Notes: generated by a model from the letters alone, not told the origin. A DNA stretch of 64,000 nt from Chrysomallon squamiferum (GCA_012295275.1 CM022665.1:44268001-44332000), one strand, 5' to 3'; shown: positions 45,801 to 61,572, numbered from the stretch's first letter. Program-made: numbers and translations.

Positions 45801-48800
45801 AACTGATATAATAGTATCCATGAAATAAATTGTTTGAAATGAAAAAAATTTATATGGTGAGGGAGAAAAAACAACAAAAATAATTTAAAAAAAAACATTT
45901 ATCTTCTTATTTTATATTTGATTTCACTGGTTATAGTAATATCCATGAAATAAATTGTTCTAAATGAAGAGTATTAAATGAGTTATATTTTTTGTGAGAG
46001 ACAACAGACATTTATCTTTTATATTTTATATCTGACTGCACAGTTACAATAGTATCCCTGAAATGAATTGTTTTAAATGAAGATTTTTGTGTGGGTTATG
46101 CCTTTTGTGAGAGAAACAAAGTTTATTTGCTTATTTTATTTATCTCTATTTAAACCTGCATGAGTATCAGCAGTTAATATTTTTGAAATCTGCTTTTTAA
46201 TTAATAGTATTAATAAAGTTTATGTATCTCTTAATAACAAAGATTCACAAATTAATGACCAGTACATATTTATACACATTCTCTTTAAATAGATTTTTTC
46301 CTAGTGTTTAAAACTGGAACAGAATATTGCTACTTACTCTACAGAATAATAATATATTTTAATAACAAAAACATTTGAATAAAAAAAAAAACTAATAACG
46401 CATAAAATTAATTCTTAATTTGCAGCTTTTTAAAAAAAAAAGAAAACAGAAATAAAAAACAGAGATTTTTTTTAAATTTTTGATACAGATTAATTTTTGT
46501 GCCAAAAGTGTAAGAAGTAATTTCTTTTGGTCATTTTGAATTGTTTCAGGAATTACGAGAAAAGAATTGGAAAGCTATGGAAGCTTTAGAAAAAGCTGAA
46601 AAAGCTGTAACGGTTAAAGTTGATAGTGCCGTTAAATTGGTTCGGGTAATTATACTTAGTTACTGTTGAATAAAGAAGTCTTAATTTCATTTATTCATGA
46701 ATGCATTCGGTCATCAAGTCTTTTTTTTATTTCTTTTAATCGTTTAATAATTTGTTTGGTGAATAGCTGAAGGTAAAAAAACAAGAAAACAAAAACAGAA
46801 CAGAGTTTTTTTTTTTTTTTTTAAACAAAAGTATTTGTAATGCACTTTAACTGTTGTGTTAACCATAATGGTGGTTGTGTGTAACCTTTTGGCTTCCTTG
46901 TTGTTTGCTTTTTTTGTAGGGTAGATAACTATTTTAAAAAAGAATCAGTCTGCCATATATAAAAAAGTAAAAAGGTAGAAAATTAAAATTATTTAAGTAA
47001 AAATTGTTTAGAAAGGGTGTATATTATCAATTTTGTAATTTAAAAAAAAAATAATCCTGTAAACAAATTATTAGAAAGTTCTTAAATTTTCTATAATCAA
47101 GCAAGAATATTTATCTCAGTTACGAAGTTTTTATAGCATTATCCAGCATAATTCATGTTGAGGTTTTGAGTGTCTGTGCTTCGAAATTATTTAGAGGCAT
47201 CTAATATTGAAATAATTCAAATTTTGAATGCAGGTTATGTAAAACAAATTCCTTGCTAAAATTTATCTTGTATTAAAACAATGCAAACCTTGCTAATTAT
47301 CCTATAAAGCTTTATGCAAAGCTATATTTAAAGAGTGAATGAAGACAGAAAAAATTAAACAAGATAAGCTTCTTACATAAACATATCCTTTCAGTCCAAC
47401 TGTTTTTACAAGAAAGATCTAAAATGCTTGCTGTATTTTTGCATGTTATTTTTGTTTACTTCAGTGTGTTTAAAAGGTCCTTACAGACAGCTTTTGTTGT
47501 TATCTGTCTTTGTATAAGTAGACTTCTTAACATTGTAATGTATTTTCTTTTCAGTTGGTATTTAAAATTTATGATGCACCAGTGTTGTTTCAGTGTTTTA
47601 TGTTTGTAAAGAAATAATATCTTTAATTAACATATTCTGAAAAAAAAAAAAAAAAATAAAAAAAAAATGATTAAGTGCATGTTGACCAGTTAGAGAATAA
47701 TATGAATGCTTGTTTCTCTGTGTTTATGGATTCACCTATAATTGCATGATCCTCTCTTTCTTCGTCCTGCCTGTCTGAATTAGTCACATTGATACTCCCA
47801 TTAATACTGTCTTCTGTCTATCTGAATATCAAAAATCGATTTTATTATTTTTAATATTAAGAAATTATTGAATTTTTAAACATTACTAAAGAATTTACAG
47901 CTCTTAGATAAAAAAAAATAAGAAAAAAGAAAAAAGATTTTTTGCATATATCAATTTTAATTATAAAAGAAAAGAAATTGAGAGAACTACTGCTTTTTAA
48001 AAAATAAGATTTTCAAGCATTTAATATTTTTTTAACATTAGATAATCTATAACCCTAGATGAAAAAGAAAAGAAAAATAATTTTTGTATATATATATTAA
48101 AATTAACTATAAAATAAATAAATTTAGAATTTTTTTTTTTTTTTAAATAATTCTTTTGTGTTTTTATTAATTATTTTTTAAAAATTACTACAGAACTTCA
48201 GCCAAAAAAAAATATATATATATTTTCTAGTTTAGTGATTGTTGTAACAACTGCTATTGTGAAGGAAACAAGACTTTTTTTTTGTTTTTTTGTTGTAATT
48301 TTCATCTGAACCATCTGTTGCAGCTATATATTTCCCTGTTTATAACTTTGTTAGTGTCATGTATTCACAACACACAAGTTCATTTTCAAATATCAATAAA
48401 CTTAATTTTGCACGTCAAATCAAGTGTACATTTAATATGATTTAAGGACTGAACAAACAATTTTTGTAATTTATTGTTATTCATTTGTAATTTATTACTA
48501 TTAAAAAGCTGAAAATTTATCATTATTCTTTTTTTTTTCTTTAATTTTGAAAATATTTTGTAAATCATAGCATTTATGTTAATTCATAATGTTTTGAGAA
48601 TTAAAAAAATAATCTAAAAAGTGATACCAAACTTTTATTTTATTTTAAATATAATTTTTAAATGTTTTATTCTCATTTGTTTTGTGCTTTGCTTGCTTGA
48701 AAAAAAGAAGAAAAATACAAAAATGTTTTTTCCTTTATTTGATAACAACAAAAATTGAGAACCTGGCACCTTACTGAAACATTATTTTCTTTTTAAAATA

Positions 48801-50488
48801 CTTTTAAAGTTTTAAATTTAAGGAATCTGTTAAAAATTTATTTATTAAAAAAAAAAAAAAAATTATTCATTAATTGTTTATTATTTATTTTTTATTGTTT
48901 GTAATTTCTGTAAATTCTTTTTTCACAGGAAAAAGTGTCTTCAGAAGTTTCTGATACTGAATCACTTGACAAAGGAATTCTGCAGAGGTTATTTCCAGAT
49001 ATCAAAGTAAATGAAAAATTGGTAAGTTTTAAAAATTTTAATAATATTAATAATAAAAAATAAATTAATTTATATCAGTTTTTTGATAGTTAATTTGGTT
49101 TGTTCCCAAAACATGGCATTTCATTTCAAAATCTTTTTGGTATAGGTTAATTAAAGTGTTAGGTTTCAAAGTGTTAAATTTTCAGTTTAGTTATATTCTT
49201 TAATGCGACATAGCAAGAATTATTAGAATTCTGTTTTATACAAAATAAACAACAACAAAAATTTAAATTTATTGTGAGTGTGTGTGCATTTTGATCTCTG
49301 TATCTTTAAAGTAATACACCATTCATGTAATATTATTCATATACATTTATAGTTTTTAAACAAAAGGTTTCAAGTCCATGTCACTTTGTCCCCAGCCTTT
49401 TTATCTTCCACTCATTCACCTCACAGTTTTATCTGTTGTCAAATGTTTTATTGGTTGAGTAAATGTCCTTTAGATTATATCACTTGAATGTTTTCAGTGC
49501 TTGTGGTTAAAACTTTTTTTTAGCCAAAATGGATGTTAAATATCAATTATTTTTTTTATTTGATGTTTATAAAAACTTAAATTTTGTAACTGAATGTTTT
49601 CAGAGTCATAAAGAATGGGTAAAACAGTTTGAAAAACACGCCTCTGTGATTACAACCAATGTAAGTATTTTTAAAGATTTTATAATAGTTTTACTTCTTT
49701 TTTTTTTTCATTCTGAATAAAATTTTCAACTCTGCCATATCATAAAATATATATATATATATATTTTTTAATTAACGTTTTAAATAAAAGTAAATTAGTG
49801 CTGATAATAAAGTCAAATATTTCAAAACAATATATATATACTTAATATTTTATTTAAATTTCTTTTTTTTTTAATTAATTGTTTGCTGAATTGGATTTAT
49901 AAGTATGTTAAACAAAATCATTCATTTATCTGATTTGCAGTTGTTTTTAAGGTTTAAGTATTTCTTTGAATTTAAAGTTTGAATGTACAGTAAGAATCTG
50001 TTGCACAATTTAGCATAATGTTATTGTTACTTGGCATTTATATATTTTTTTCATTTAATTATTATCTCTTCAAATCTCAGTGTTGTTATTTAACACTAAT
50101 TTTTTGTCATTTGTTAACCTTTTCAGATCTCAGGGTTGTTTTTTTTTAGTATTTATTTATTTTATTTTATTATTTTTTTTTTTTCTGTCATTTAATTATC
50201 TTTTTTACAGATCTCAGAACAAAAAACTAAAATCCAGCAGCTAGAATCAGAAAACACACAATACAGAACAGTGGTAAAAGAAACAGTAAGTATAAATACA
50301 CTTTATATATACTTATCACAGTAAAAATAATAATAAAAATTAGAATATTAATAATAATAAAAATATTTTTTTATTTTCTTTTATTTATTTAAATGAAATA
50401 GGAAAAGAAAAATAGCCAAAAAAAAAAATAATAATTTTAGAGCATTTCAAATTACCTTAGTTTTCTGTGCATTCATTATTGTTACTAC

Positions 50489-50567
<79 letters not shown>

Positions 50568-50600
50568 CTTCTTCTTCTTCTTCTTCTTCTTCTTCTTCTT

Positions 50601-50668
<68 letters not shown>

Positions 50669-53600
50669 GGAAAGAACATTTTAAATGAAAACAATAAAAC
50701 ATAATTTAAAATATTTTGTTAACATTTCCTACATTATTAAGAAAAAATACATTTAAACTGAAAACAATTACAGAATATTTTTAATCAAATTACAAGTTAT
50801 GCAGCATTACAGTTGTGATGGTTTTTTTTTTTTTTTAATAATATAGAAAACAAAACAAATTTAATTTTTAATTTAATTTTAAGTTTAATTTTTATTAATA
50901 TTTGTGCAGGAGAACAAGTTACACCAACTGGAAAGCAGTATAGAATCAGAAGAAAAGAAATGGAAAGAAAAACTGCAGCAAGCAACGAGCATTTCAGAAA
51001 AAGTAATCAGCATGTTCACACACACACACACACACGCATGTAAATTTTTTAGCATGTAAATAAATATAACACATGTAAATAAGAAGAGATATTAGTAGGT
51101 ATTGGAGATGCATAAGAAAAATGAGAGCTACACTTTTGTATTTAATTGAGGAGGATATTTATGTTGTAAAACTTAAGGTTAGCTCTTTGCACTATCAAAG
51201 CTGCTTTATACAGTGTAAAAATAGGTGCACACAGGTTGAAAAACTTGCATACAAAAGGCAGTAAATACAGATCTGCCCACACAATCACACTGATGAAGAG
51301 AAATTATTTAAATAAGATATATATATATATATATATATAAAAATTTAAATTATTATTCAAATTATATATTATTTAGTGTTAAATTATATCACAAAAAAAA
51401 ATATAATTATAATTATAAAACAATAAAAACAAATTAATTCCAAATTTTGTTTCTTTATTTAGTAATTTTAGATTTTGTTCCATTTTCTTTCTTTTTTTAA
51501 TTATTTTAATATTTTTCTTTTCTAGTGTGATAAACAGCAGAAGAGAATAGAAGAACTGGAGAAAATAAATTCCTCATATGAAAAGCAAATAAAGGAATAC
51601 AAAACCAAATTAGAAACACTAGTAAGTGTTTTATTTATTCATACTTTAATACCAGTAATCTATTACACCGTAGTGCTTTCTTATTTTTACATAATTTAGT
51701 GTCTAAATATTGGTTATTAATTAAGCTTTGGTGTATTTAAATTTGAATTCAAAACTATAATTAGAAGGGTACATATTGTGTTTTATAGAATTGTTTATTT
51801 AAACAACTACAAACTGACCATTTTCTTTACAATTGTTTAAATGTTAAAATAAAAGTTTTAAGAATATTTTTTCATATAACTGAAAAAAAACGTATATAAA
51901 TGTCCTTTCTTTTAAAAATATATGTATATATATACTTTACTATTGAAAAAACATTATACACGTGCAACTCACCATTTTAACAGACTAAATGGGGCTAAAG
52001 TTTGTTGGGAAAATATATTTTCTGCATGATGTAAGAAATACCATAAAATTAATGTTAACAGTGTAGAATAATGTACAGAATAACTTTAAAATTCAAAATG
52101 TAGAATAATTTTTAAAAGTAATTTTACTTCAAATTCACAACATGTAATAATAACGTACAGAACTAAATTTACTTTAAATTTACAATGTATACTAATGTAC
52201 AGAACTAAATTTACAGTGTAGAACAATACACAGAACTAAATTTACTTTAAATTTACAATGTAGAATAGCATACAGAACTAAATTTACTTTAAATTCACAA
52301 TGTGGATTATAATGCAAAATCTTTTTTTCCTTGGTCATATATTGGGAACCAGAATAATTAATACCAGTCGATGGAGATTCAAGAATATTTGTATATTTCT
52401 CAGATTTTGTCTGGATTTTCCTAAATAGGGGTGGTCCTTTGAACCTAGGGATGTGTTTATTATCTAATGTTTGATATAACTCTAGCTGTTGATAGAAAAT
52501 AAAAGTTGTGATAGTGTTAAACAAAACAAATTTAATGTTTCTTTGTTTTCAGGAGAAGGAGTTACTGCAGTTGAAGGAAAGTGCCAAATCAGAGGAAGAG
52601 GCTGTGAACACTAAACAGATTCTTGAAAAGGTAAAAAATTAAAGAGTCTGAAATTACTCTCAAAATGAAACTGAAACATGTTTTACAGATATCAGTTTGG
52701 AAATTAATTCATGCACCTCAAAAGTGGGTGATTTTTAAAATATATAATCAATATTTTCAGTAGAAACTAAATCAATTAGTGGAGGATTGGATTTGAATTG
52801 AATGTGTATTTTTCTCAATTTACAAATATAAAAAAAATAAATAAATTAAGTAAAATAATGAATGAATAAATAAATAATATAATACAATACAATACAATAC
52901 AATAAATATAATATAATAAAACATAATATAATATAATTAATAAAATAAAATAAGAATGTGAGAAAGAACGAAAGAAAATAATAAAATAAATAGATACATT
53001 TAGTGTCATTTCTGTTATTTTTTAACAAAGTAATGTATACATTTATATTTAAATACTGATATTAAAAATGACTTGTATTTATTTCAGTGCTACCAGCTGG
53101 AAATCAGGATAGGAGAACTGGAAGATGAAAACACAGAATACCAGAAACAGATTGAGAACTACAGAAATGTTTTATCATCAACAGTATGTGAAAAACATTT
53201 GTCCCTATTGGATAATTATTATAAGAATAGTATACTGTAAATCTAGAATAAAATAGCCCATTAAAAAATTATTATTTCTATGGCCACCAACTGTATTATT
53301 ATTAAAGATGGTGTCAAGTAAATCTGGAATTGGTTATACATTTAAAAATTACCATTTAGATCAGTAATTTTGCTCTTCAACCATTACTTTTTAATTTAAA
53401 AAAAAAAATTATTATTTATTTTTAGAAATAATGTAACAAATATTTTGCTCTTTAACTATTACGATTTATACATTTTTTAAAATTTAATTTAAATTAATTT
53501 TTAAAATAATATACTGGTATTTAGTTACAACTTTTTATTTATTTACAAGCAGCAGTTCAAATCATTCAAATTTTTTTTCTAAATACAGACTAGAATTTTC

Positions 53601-56600
53601 GTTAAATCCCATTTTTTTCTGATGATTTTTGTATCTTTAGGAGCAGCAATTATTTTTTCAAATTATTTTTCAAAAAATATTTTCTAGTATTTAGTTAAAA
53701 GCTTGAATTTTTTGTTTCTTTAGGAGAAGCAGTTGACTTACTTAGAGAACAGTGCTAAAGTTGAAGAGGCAAAATGGTCAGAGCAGTTGCAGGAAATGAA
53801 ATCTTCTCTAGAAAAGGTATTAAACATAACAGATTTTATAAGTCATCCTTTCAGTGTTACTAGTAATAACTTCTGTTAATTTTTAACTGTTTTAAATAAC
53901 TAAATTTTATTTTTTATTTAATTGAAACCTGTGCTTGTTGAAATCAACAGACATTGATGTGACTCACCAGTAACAAGAAATAATAAAAAAAAAAAATGCA
54001 GTCTCTATATGTTTCTTCAGAATCAAATTTAATGCATTTAAAAACAAATCCATGAAGCATATGTATATGTGTCTGCGTTTTTGTGTGCGTGTATTTTTAT
54101 ATAAAGAAATTTAATTTTTTCTCATGTGGAACCTGTGAAATCAGTCTGTGAAAAATACATTAATGTGACTTAGCAATAATGAGAAGAAACAAATGGGTTT
54201 TTTAAAATTTATTACAAGGATACACAATTTCAACTACTTAAGAATATTAGATAGTATAAAATAAAAAAAAAAACTTAATCTTGGTTCCCTTCTTTAGATG
54301 ATCTTATCATTTGTATATATATTTGGGTGATGCGATAAGTTTATTTTAGTATACACTATAAATCATGTTTAGCTTACAGAAAGTTTTTATTTTAAAATCA
54401 TCATCAACCTTAAAAAAAGTTCTTATCTTATCTCAACTCCCGTTCTCAAACAGACTATCTCAGTTTTCATGTTGTACTGGAATTGCTTTTATTTTAATAA
54501 AATACATGTAAGTATTTTCAAAAATTTATTGTATTTACATATATTCAGTTAATTTTTACGTTTAAATATTTGTTTTTTTATTTTATTTTATTGATATTTA
54601 AAAGTCATTATCTTTACCATCTTGAAAATGATCGTTCTTAGTTGATTACAGAAATTAAGACAAATCAGTGAATTAATAATTTCATATTTTATTTCTTTTC
54701 AGTCAAATAAAGAAGTTGAAAACCTGAAACAGCAGATAAAGAAACTGAAAGGCAGTACAGAGGTAAACACTAATCTACATTTTAACTGATTAATTTATGA
54801 AAAACCAAGAGTAATTTTTTGTTAAATTCTATCAGCTTTTAAAAAAAAACACACAAACAAAAATAGATTAGTATGTTCAGCTTGTTTTTATTTGCACATA
54901 TTGAAAATTTAGTTCTTAACAGTTAAAATATTGTTGTTTACTTGCATTAGCATGTTCAGTTTTGTGTTACATTTTGAATTTTGTGAGCTTATTATAAAAT
55001 AATTTATATTTTGAATAGTTTCATTAAATGCACTTCTTTTTCCTGTATTCATGCACAGTAGTTGTATAATCTTTTTTTAATTTTGTCCCCATATACTGCT
55101 CTTAAAAAATAGCAATAGACAAGAGAGTATATATTTTTTTAAATAAATAAGTAAATAAAAAAATTCAAATATACAAGAGTACAAATGGCAACTGAAATCA
55201 TCTAGATTATTACTTAGAAGATTGTTGTTTTAAGTTATTTTTATTATTATTATTACTGTTATTGTTAATATATTATTTAATCCACAGAATTTCTTAATGC
55301 AAATGTTTGTTTGAATTAATGCAACCTTTTACATTTGACAAAGATATTAATGGTTTATATTTATCAACAGCCACTTAATTACAACTTTAAATACTTAAAA
55401 AAAACATATAAACTAACAACAAACCCCAAAACATGGTTAAAAACAAAGTAAAAATTCTGATTTCATGTAATATTTATAAATGTTAATTAAATCCACTGAC
55501 AATATTTTCATATTAGTATAAATTATTTGATATATTAGCTTTATTAACAAAAGCTTCAAACAGTTTTTAAGGTTATCTTTAGATAACTTCAGATTAATTC
55601 GTTTCAACAAATCTTGAAATGTTTGTTTTAGTTTATTTTTTATTTTATTTATTTTATTTGTTTTTTGATTATTCAGGGACATCAAGTATAGCATGTTTGT
55701 AAATAATTAACAGTAGGACATACTGTTCGTGGCATTTTTCTTTCGACTGAATTATTAAGTATTTTGAAACCATTATTAACCTCTAAAGCATCCATCAATC
55801 TATTTCCCCATCTACTAATGGTCTAGAATTGTGCCAGTATCTTTACACAGAGGTTTGCCACTGTTGCATGTTTCCAAATAGAACATAAGAGATACAAAAT
55901 TTGCCCTTGGTAAAGTAAAAGTAAATATTTTCACTCTTTGAGCCTTGAACTCTGGCTATAATTTGAAAAAGGTACATCAGAAGACTCCCCATGACAAAAT
56001 ACTTACGTTTTTTATATATACACACATATACATACATACATAAATATAATTGCTTAATTTATTTATTAAGAAAGTCATCATGTTTTATGTTTGATGCCAG
56101 GATAATCAAATTTATATTTATTGAATTATTTTGTATATATATATTTATTTTCAAATGACTAAGAATACCAGTATTTCATTTTATTTTATTTTATTTTATT
56201 TTTATTTTTTTTTTATGTGATGCACACAATCAAAATATATATTTACAGTGTTTATTTCAAAAAATATTACATATTTTAAAAACACCAAAAAGAAAACGAA
56301 AGACACAATCTAGATTCCCTTCTTCAACTAATCTAGAAATATGTTGCTTACAATCAGTTTGTGCCAATTTGTGTTCAGCTTACACCAGAGTTATTACGTT
56401 TTAAAAGGATGAAACAAATTCCCTGATCCCCTTCTTCAAATAATTTAGAAATGTCAGTATATTTTTATTTATTATTTTATTATTATTATTATTATTATTA
56501 TTTAATTTTTTTTCACCTGTGTTGCTGCAATTGTAGTTGTTTGTCAATGTTGTAGGATATTTCAGATGTGGGTTTTGCCTATCGATGCGTAGAAAAAAGT

Positions 56601-56810
56601 CTTCCTTTAATTATAGAAGAGGTATGATTTCCCTCCCACTCACTCTTTTCTCTGCATGTTTCACCTAGGTTTCCTTGCATGGAATAAATCTAACTGGTTT
56701 TATTCTTTGTCCTTGGTGAATGCATTTGTTTAATTTTACCACGACTGTAACTCTAATTGAAGATTAATATTCATTTATTGTTTTTATAATTATTATGATC
56801 ATTATGATTG

Positions 56811-56904
<94 letters not shown>

Positions 56905-59900
56905 TTTATTTTTTATTTTTTTTAATTCCAGTATTTTGCAACTAATACTCAGAACAACTAATTACATTGTAAATCTTACCTGATAGTTCCAGTAGAAAAA
57001 AATTAAAAATCCAAATTTTCTTTTGAAAATATTTCTGTTTCCATTTTATTTTATTTTATTTTATTTTATTTCATTATTGTTTTTTTAATGTTTATGTTCT
57101 TAAGTAAAATTTCTTAATTATAAAATTTAATTTACTAAGTTACTTTGTAATAAACAGATAAAATAATTAAAAAATAAAAATAAAAATCTGTACTGACTGA
57201 CTGAAAATGAAATTGCATTATTTCTTAATATTTTATTTGTTGGTTTTCTTGAAAAAAAACACCTTTTTCCTTATTTCATTCTGTTTTAGTTTAGTTTATT
57301 TAGTTTAGTTTTATTTACTGATTATTATTATTATTATTATTATTGAAAATTCCGTAATTTATAATTGCAAAATAAGAAAAAAATAAAAAAATAATTCTTC
57401 TTCTTATGGTAAATATGTATGGATTGATATATGCACATAAGTAGTGTTTTGTCACACTTAATTATGCATGTCTGGAAAAGACTGCAGGCATAAAAAATCA
57501 GTTATATTTACTATATTAATTAAATTATTATTCATAATTCTATATACTTAATAAAAACATTAACACATTAGATATCTGCTGTTTGAAAACATACAATTAC
57601 TAAAAGCTAAACAAATTTTACTTTTAATAATAACATTTTATTAAAATTATTGATTTAATGAAGTTACCAAGAGATTTGGGTAGTGGAGGATTTTTTTTTT
57701 GTTGTTGTTTTTTTTTGTTTGTATAAATTTTAATTTTGAGGTCTTACCTATGTGTGGCATGGTCTGGAGGGTTGATAAAAGTGGCTTCCCCCTTTAAATT
57801 TTACTTTTTTGTTTTTTAAATTTATTCTTTTTCCCCAGGTGGAAGGAAGGTGACCTCTAAAGTAATAGATTGTTGACTGATTTGTAGCATTTTCAGTTTT
57901 AATAGTTTTGAAGTGTGTGTGGTGTGTGTGTGTGTGCATGCGTGAGTGTGTGTTATTAAAAATATAATAAAAATTTACCTAATAGTTTTCAAATTTTCAT
58001 TATTTAATAAACATTTAAGAATTTTAAAACGCTTTTTGACTGGAAATTAATTTAATATCACTTCACTATATCATTGTGTGTGTGTGTTATTAAAAATATA
58101 ATAAATATTTACTTAATAATTTTCAAATTTTCACTAAACATTTAAGAATTTTAAAACACTTTTTGACTGGAAATTAATTTAATATCACTTCACTATATCA
58201 TTAACAACTTGTCATATCATCACATAATTAAAATATTTTAACAATTACTTCATTGTATGAATTTGCTAACAAGTTCACCTCTAAATTACAAATTTTTTAA
58301 ATTTAATTTAAGTAGTTCATATTACTGAAACTAGACATATCTGAAGATATATTTTCATGGGAATTTAAAAAATAAAATAACATTTTTGCGAACCTTCAGT
58401 TCTTTTTAAAAATCTTGAAATTTTTTAAAATAATTTATTATTACTAAAAATAATAATAAATCAGTTATTTATAATTTAAAAGACGAAATGTGAATTGGAA
58501 AGTTTATTTGGTTTTAAATTTTATTTTATTTGTTAGTTTGTTTATTTATTTATTTATTTTTATTTATTATTTTCTTTTTTAGATGGAAGTCAAAGTTGGA
58601 ATGTTAGAAAACCAGTTGAAACTGACAGAAGAAAAGTGTTCATCGTTACAGAAAGAAGCAGAAGAGGTAAAAACTGTTTTTAAATTTACAGGGTAGAGTT
58701 TATAAATTACAGGAAAGTGAAAGAAATTAAAATAAAAAATGTTCTATTTTATTTTATTATTATTTATAAAAATAATCCGTTGTTTTTTTTTTTTTTAAAT
58801 TGCTAAACAATATAAATTACTATTTAATAATTACAGTTTACTGTTTTTATCATTTAAATTAATACAGTAAATAAATTTTATTTATATTTATTATTACTGT
58901 AATTATTATTATTATTATTGTTATTATTGTTGTTGTTGGACTTTAAATTTATATTTTTATAAATATTATCAGTGGATTATTTTATAATTGTTTTTATTTT
59001 ATTAAATTTTTAATTTTTTTTTAAAGTTAATTTTAATTGAAAAGCAACCTTTATAAATCATTTGTTTTCATATTAAAAATTGTGACTTTAATGAAATTTC
59101 ACTTACTGCTAAAGGATAATTAAACTTTTTATAAAGTTTTATCTCATTACACAAAACTAGATTTATCTATTTATTTATTTATATTAAATCTTTTTTCAGT
59201 TTCATTATTAGTGTTGTTGAAATTTTTGTGATGTTTAGTAACGATAGTTATCTTTAAATAAATAAATATTTACATATTAAAATATTTATTTTGGTTTCAG
59301 AGTAAAGAAAAAATAGTGGTTTTGAACAAACAGATAGAAACAGCCTCATCTTCAACAGCTGATTTAGAAGAGCTGAAGAGAGTAAGTTTGATAAAATATA
59401 AATTTTGTAAATGTCATGTCTTGTATTCGTTTAACTTCAGCTACAGAAAAAGATGGCAGATTGAAAATGTGTTAAAATGTTGTTGACACTCGTAGCATTC
59501 AATCATTTATTTATTCCTAAATTATATGATTTAATGTCAAAGTTGTGTATATATACAGAAAAATATTAAATAATATATATATTTTTTTTTGTTATGTGAT
59601 AAACAGTAAATATATAATTAATTAATATTTTGTAGGTTGTTTTTTTTGAATTTTTTAAAATTATTACACTTTTATTTTTTTTTTTTTTTTTTATTATTAT
59701 TTTATTACTTTTAAATTTTCCATGTTATATATTTATTTTTTTAACTTTATTATTATTGTTTTTTTTTAATTATTATTATAATTATTTTTAATTTTATAAA
59801 TTAATTATATTTATTTTTTTTTAATTTTATAAATTTATTTACCTATTTTTTTAATTAAAAAGCTTTTAAACTTTTAAATTTTTTACTATTCTTTTCTTTT

Positions 59901-61271
59901 TTTTTTTTTAAATATCAAAGTTTGTTGTTGAAAATAGCAAATCAAAACCATTGTTAAACGAACATTTATTTTCATTTGTTAAAGTTTGAGCATTTTGAAA
60001 AAACGAAACTGAAGGTATTATACTGTATTGATTAATAATTACTAATTAAACTGATCAATCACACACTGTTTTTATTGTTTCATTCACTTTATTCACATCA
60101 GAGTTCATACTGTTCAAAAAAACACACTAACTCTGTCACATGCACTCATTTTAGTATTGATAATTGTGTATTTTTTTGCAACAAACAGCAAAAATTTATA
60201 AACATTACAAAATGAATCATTGAATATTGTTGCTAAAAATACTTTTATTTATGCATTATAATAATTTCAACCTTTTAAAATTAATTTGAAAAAAAAAAAA
60301 AATAAAATGATTAAAATTGTGCAAAAATGTATTTAAGAAAATACAAAAAAAGTTGATGAAAACTTAGTGTGGACATCATTTACTTTAATTATCCAGTTAA
60401 AAGAAAAACATAGTAAAATATTTAAAAAAAAATTAATAAAAACAATTTTACTATTTATTTATTTATTTATTAAGGAATATATATTTTTTTTTGAAAAATG
60501 GGAGAATATGGACCCTATTTTCCTTTTCATTCTATTTTTTTTTTTTTTTTTACTTTATATAATTACTATTAATAATAATCTATTTCAGTCATGTACTTAC
60601 TATTTATTTATTTATTTTTTTTTTTTTTTTTTTTTTTTTTTTATTTTTTTTTTTTTTTATTTATTAATTAATTAATTTTTTTTTTTAAATTATTTACTTA
60701 TATTTATTTATTTATTTATCTATATCTTGTTATTTGTTACATTTTTACTATCAATTCAGCTATCAGTACCGAAACATATGTACTCATCAACCCGTTTCAA
60801 TTTTCAGCTTCTTGAAGTGGAGAAGAAGAAGACGAAGGATTTATCAAGCAACATCGTCAAGCTCAACGGCATAATCAAGACAGGACAGGATGCTTTGAAA
60901 CAGGAGCAGGATGCTGTGGCAGCTTTGCAGAAACAGCTGGTAGAAAAAGAAAAAGTAAGTCAATGAAAATGTTGCTGTAGTTGCTGCTTAATGTTCACAT
61001 CATTTGTTGTGCCATTTCCGCTTGTTGTAGATCGTAGTCTGCTTGAATGTAACGTAGTTCTGCTTGCATTTAGAGTCAAATGTACCAACTCTGTTAAAAA
61101 TTTATGTATATATCTACACAGATTTATTTTTTATAGTGTTGTAAATATACAAGAATTTCTAGATTGTATTTGTGCAAATAGATTGAAGTTTTAAATATTT
61201 TTATAAAACCTGTTAGGTTGTTGTTGTTGTTTTTTTTTTGTTTCTTTATTTTCTTCTTTTTTTAAATTAAT

Positions 61272-61314
<43 letters not shown>

Positions 61315-61537
61315 TATATTTATTTATTTATTTTATTTTATTTTATTTTATTTTATTTTATTTTATTTTATTTTTCTTATGTTCAGGATATTTAAATTTT
61401 AATTCATAAACAATCAATATTTTGACAGTGTAAATATAGTCAATGATTATTTTATTTTAATATAAATATCATCCAAAAAAATATCATCTTTTTTGGGATA
61501 GATGGACTTTTCTCTTTTAATTTCAAAATTTTTTAAT

Positions 61538-61572
<35 letters not shown>

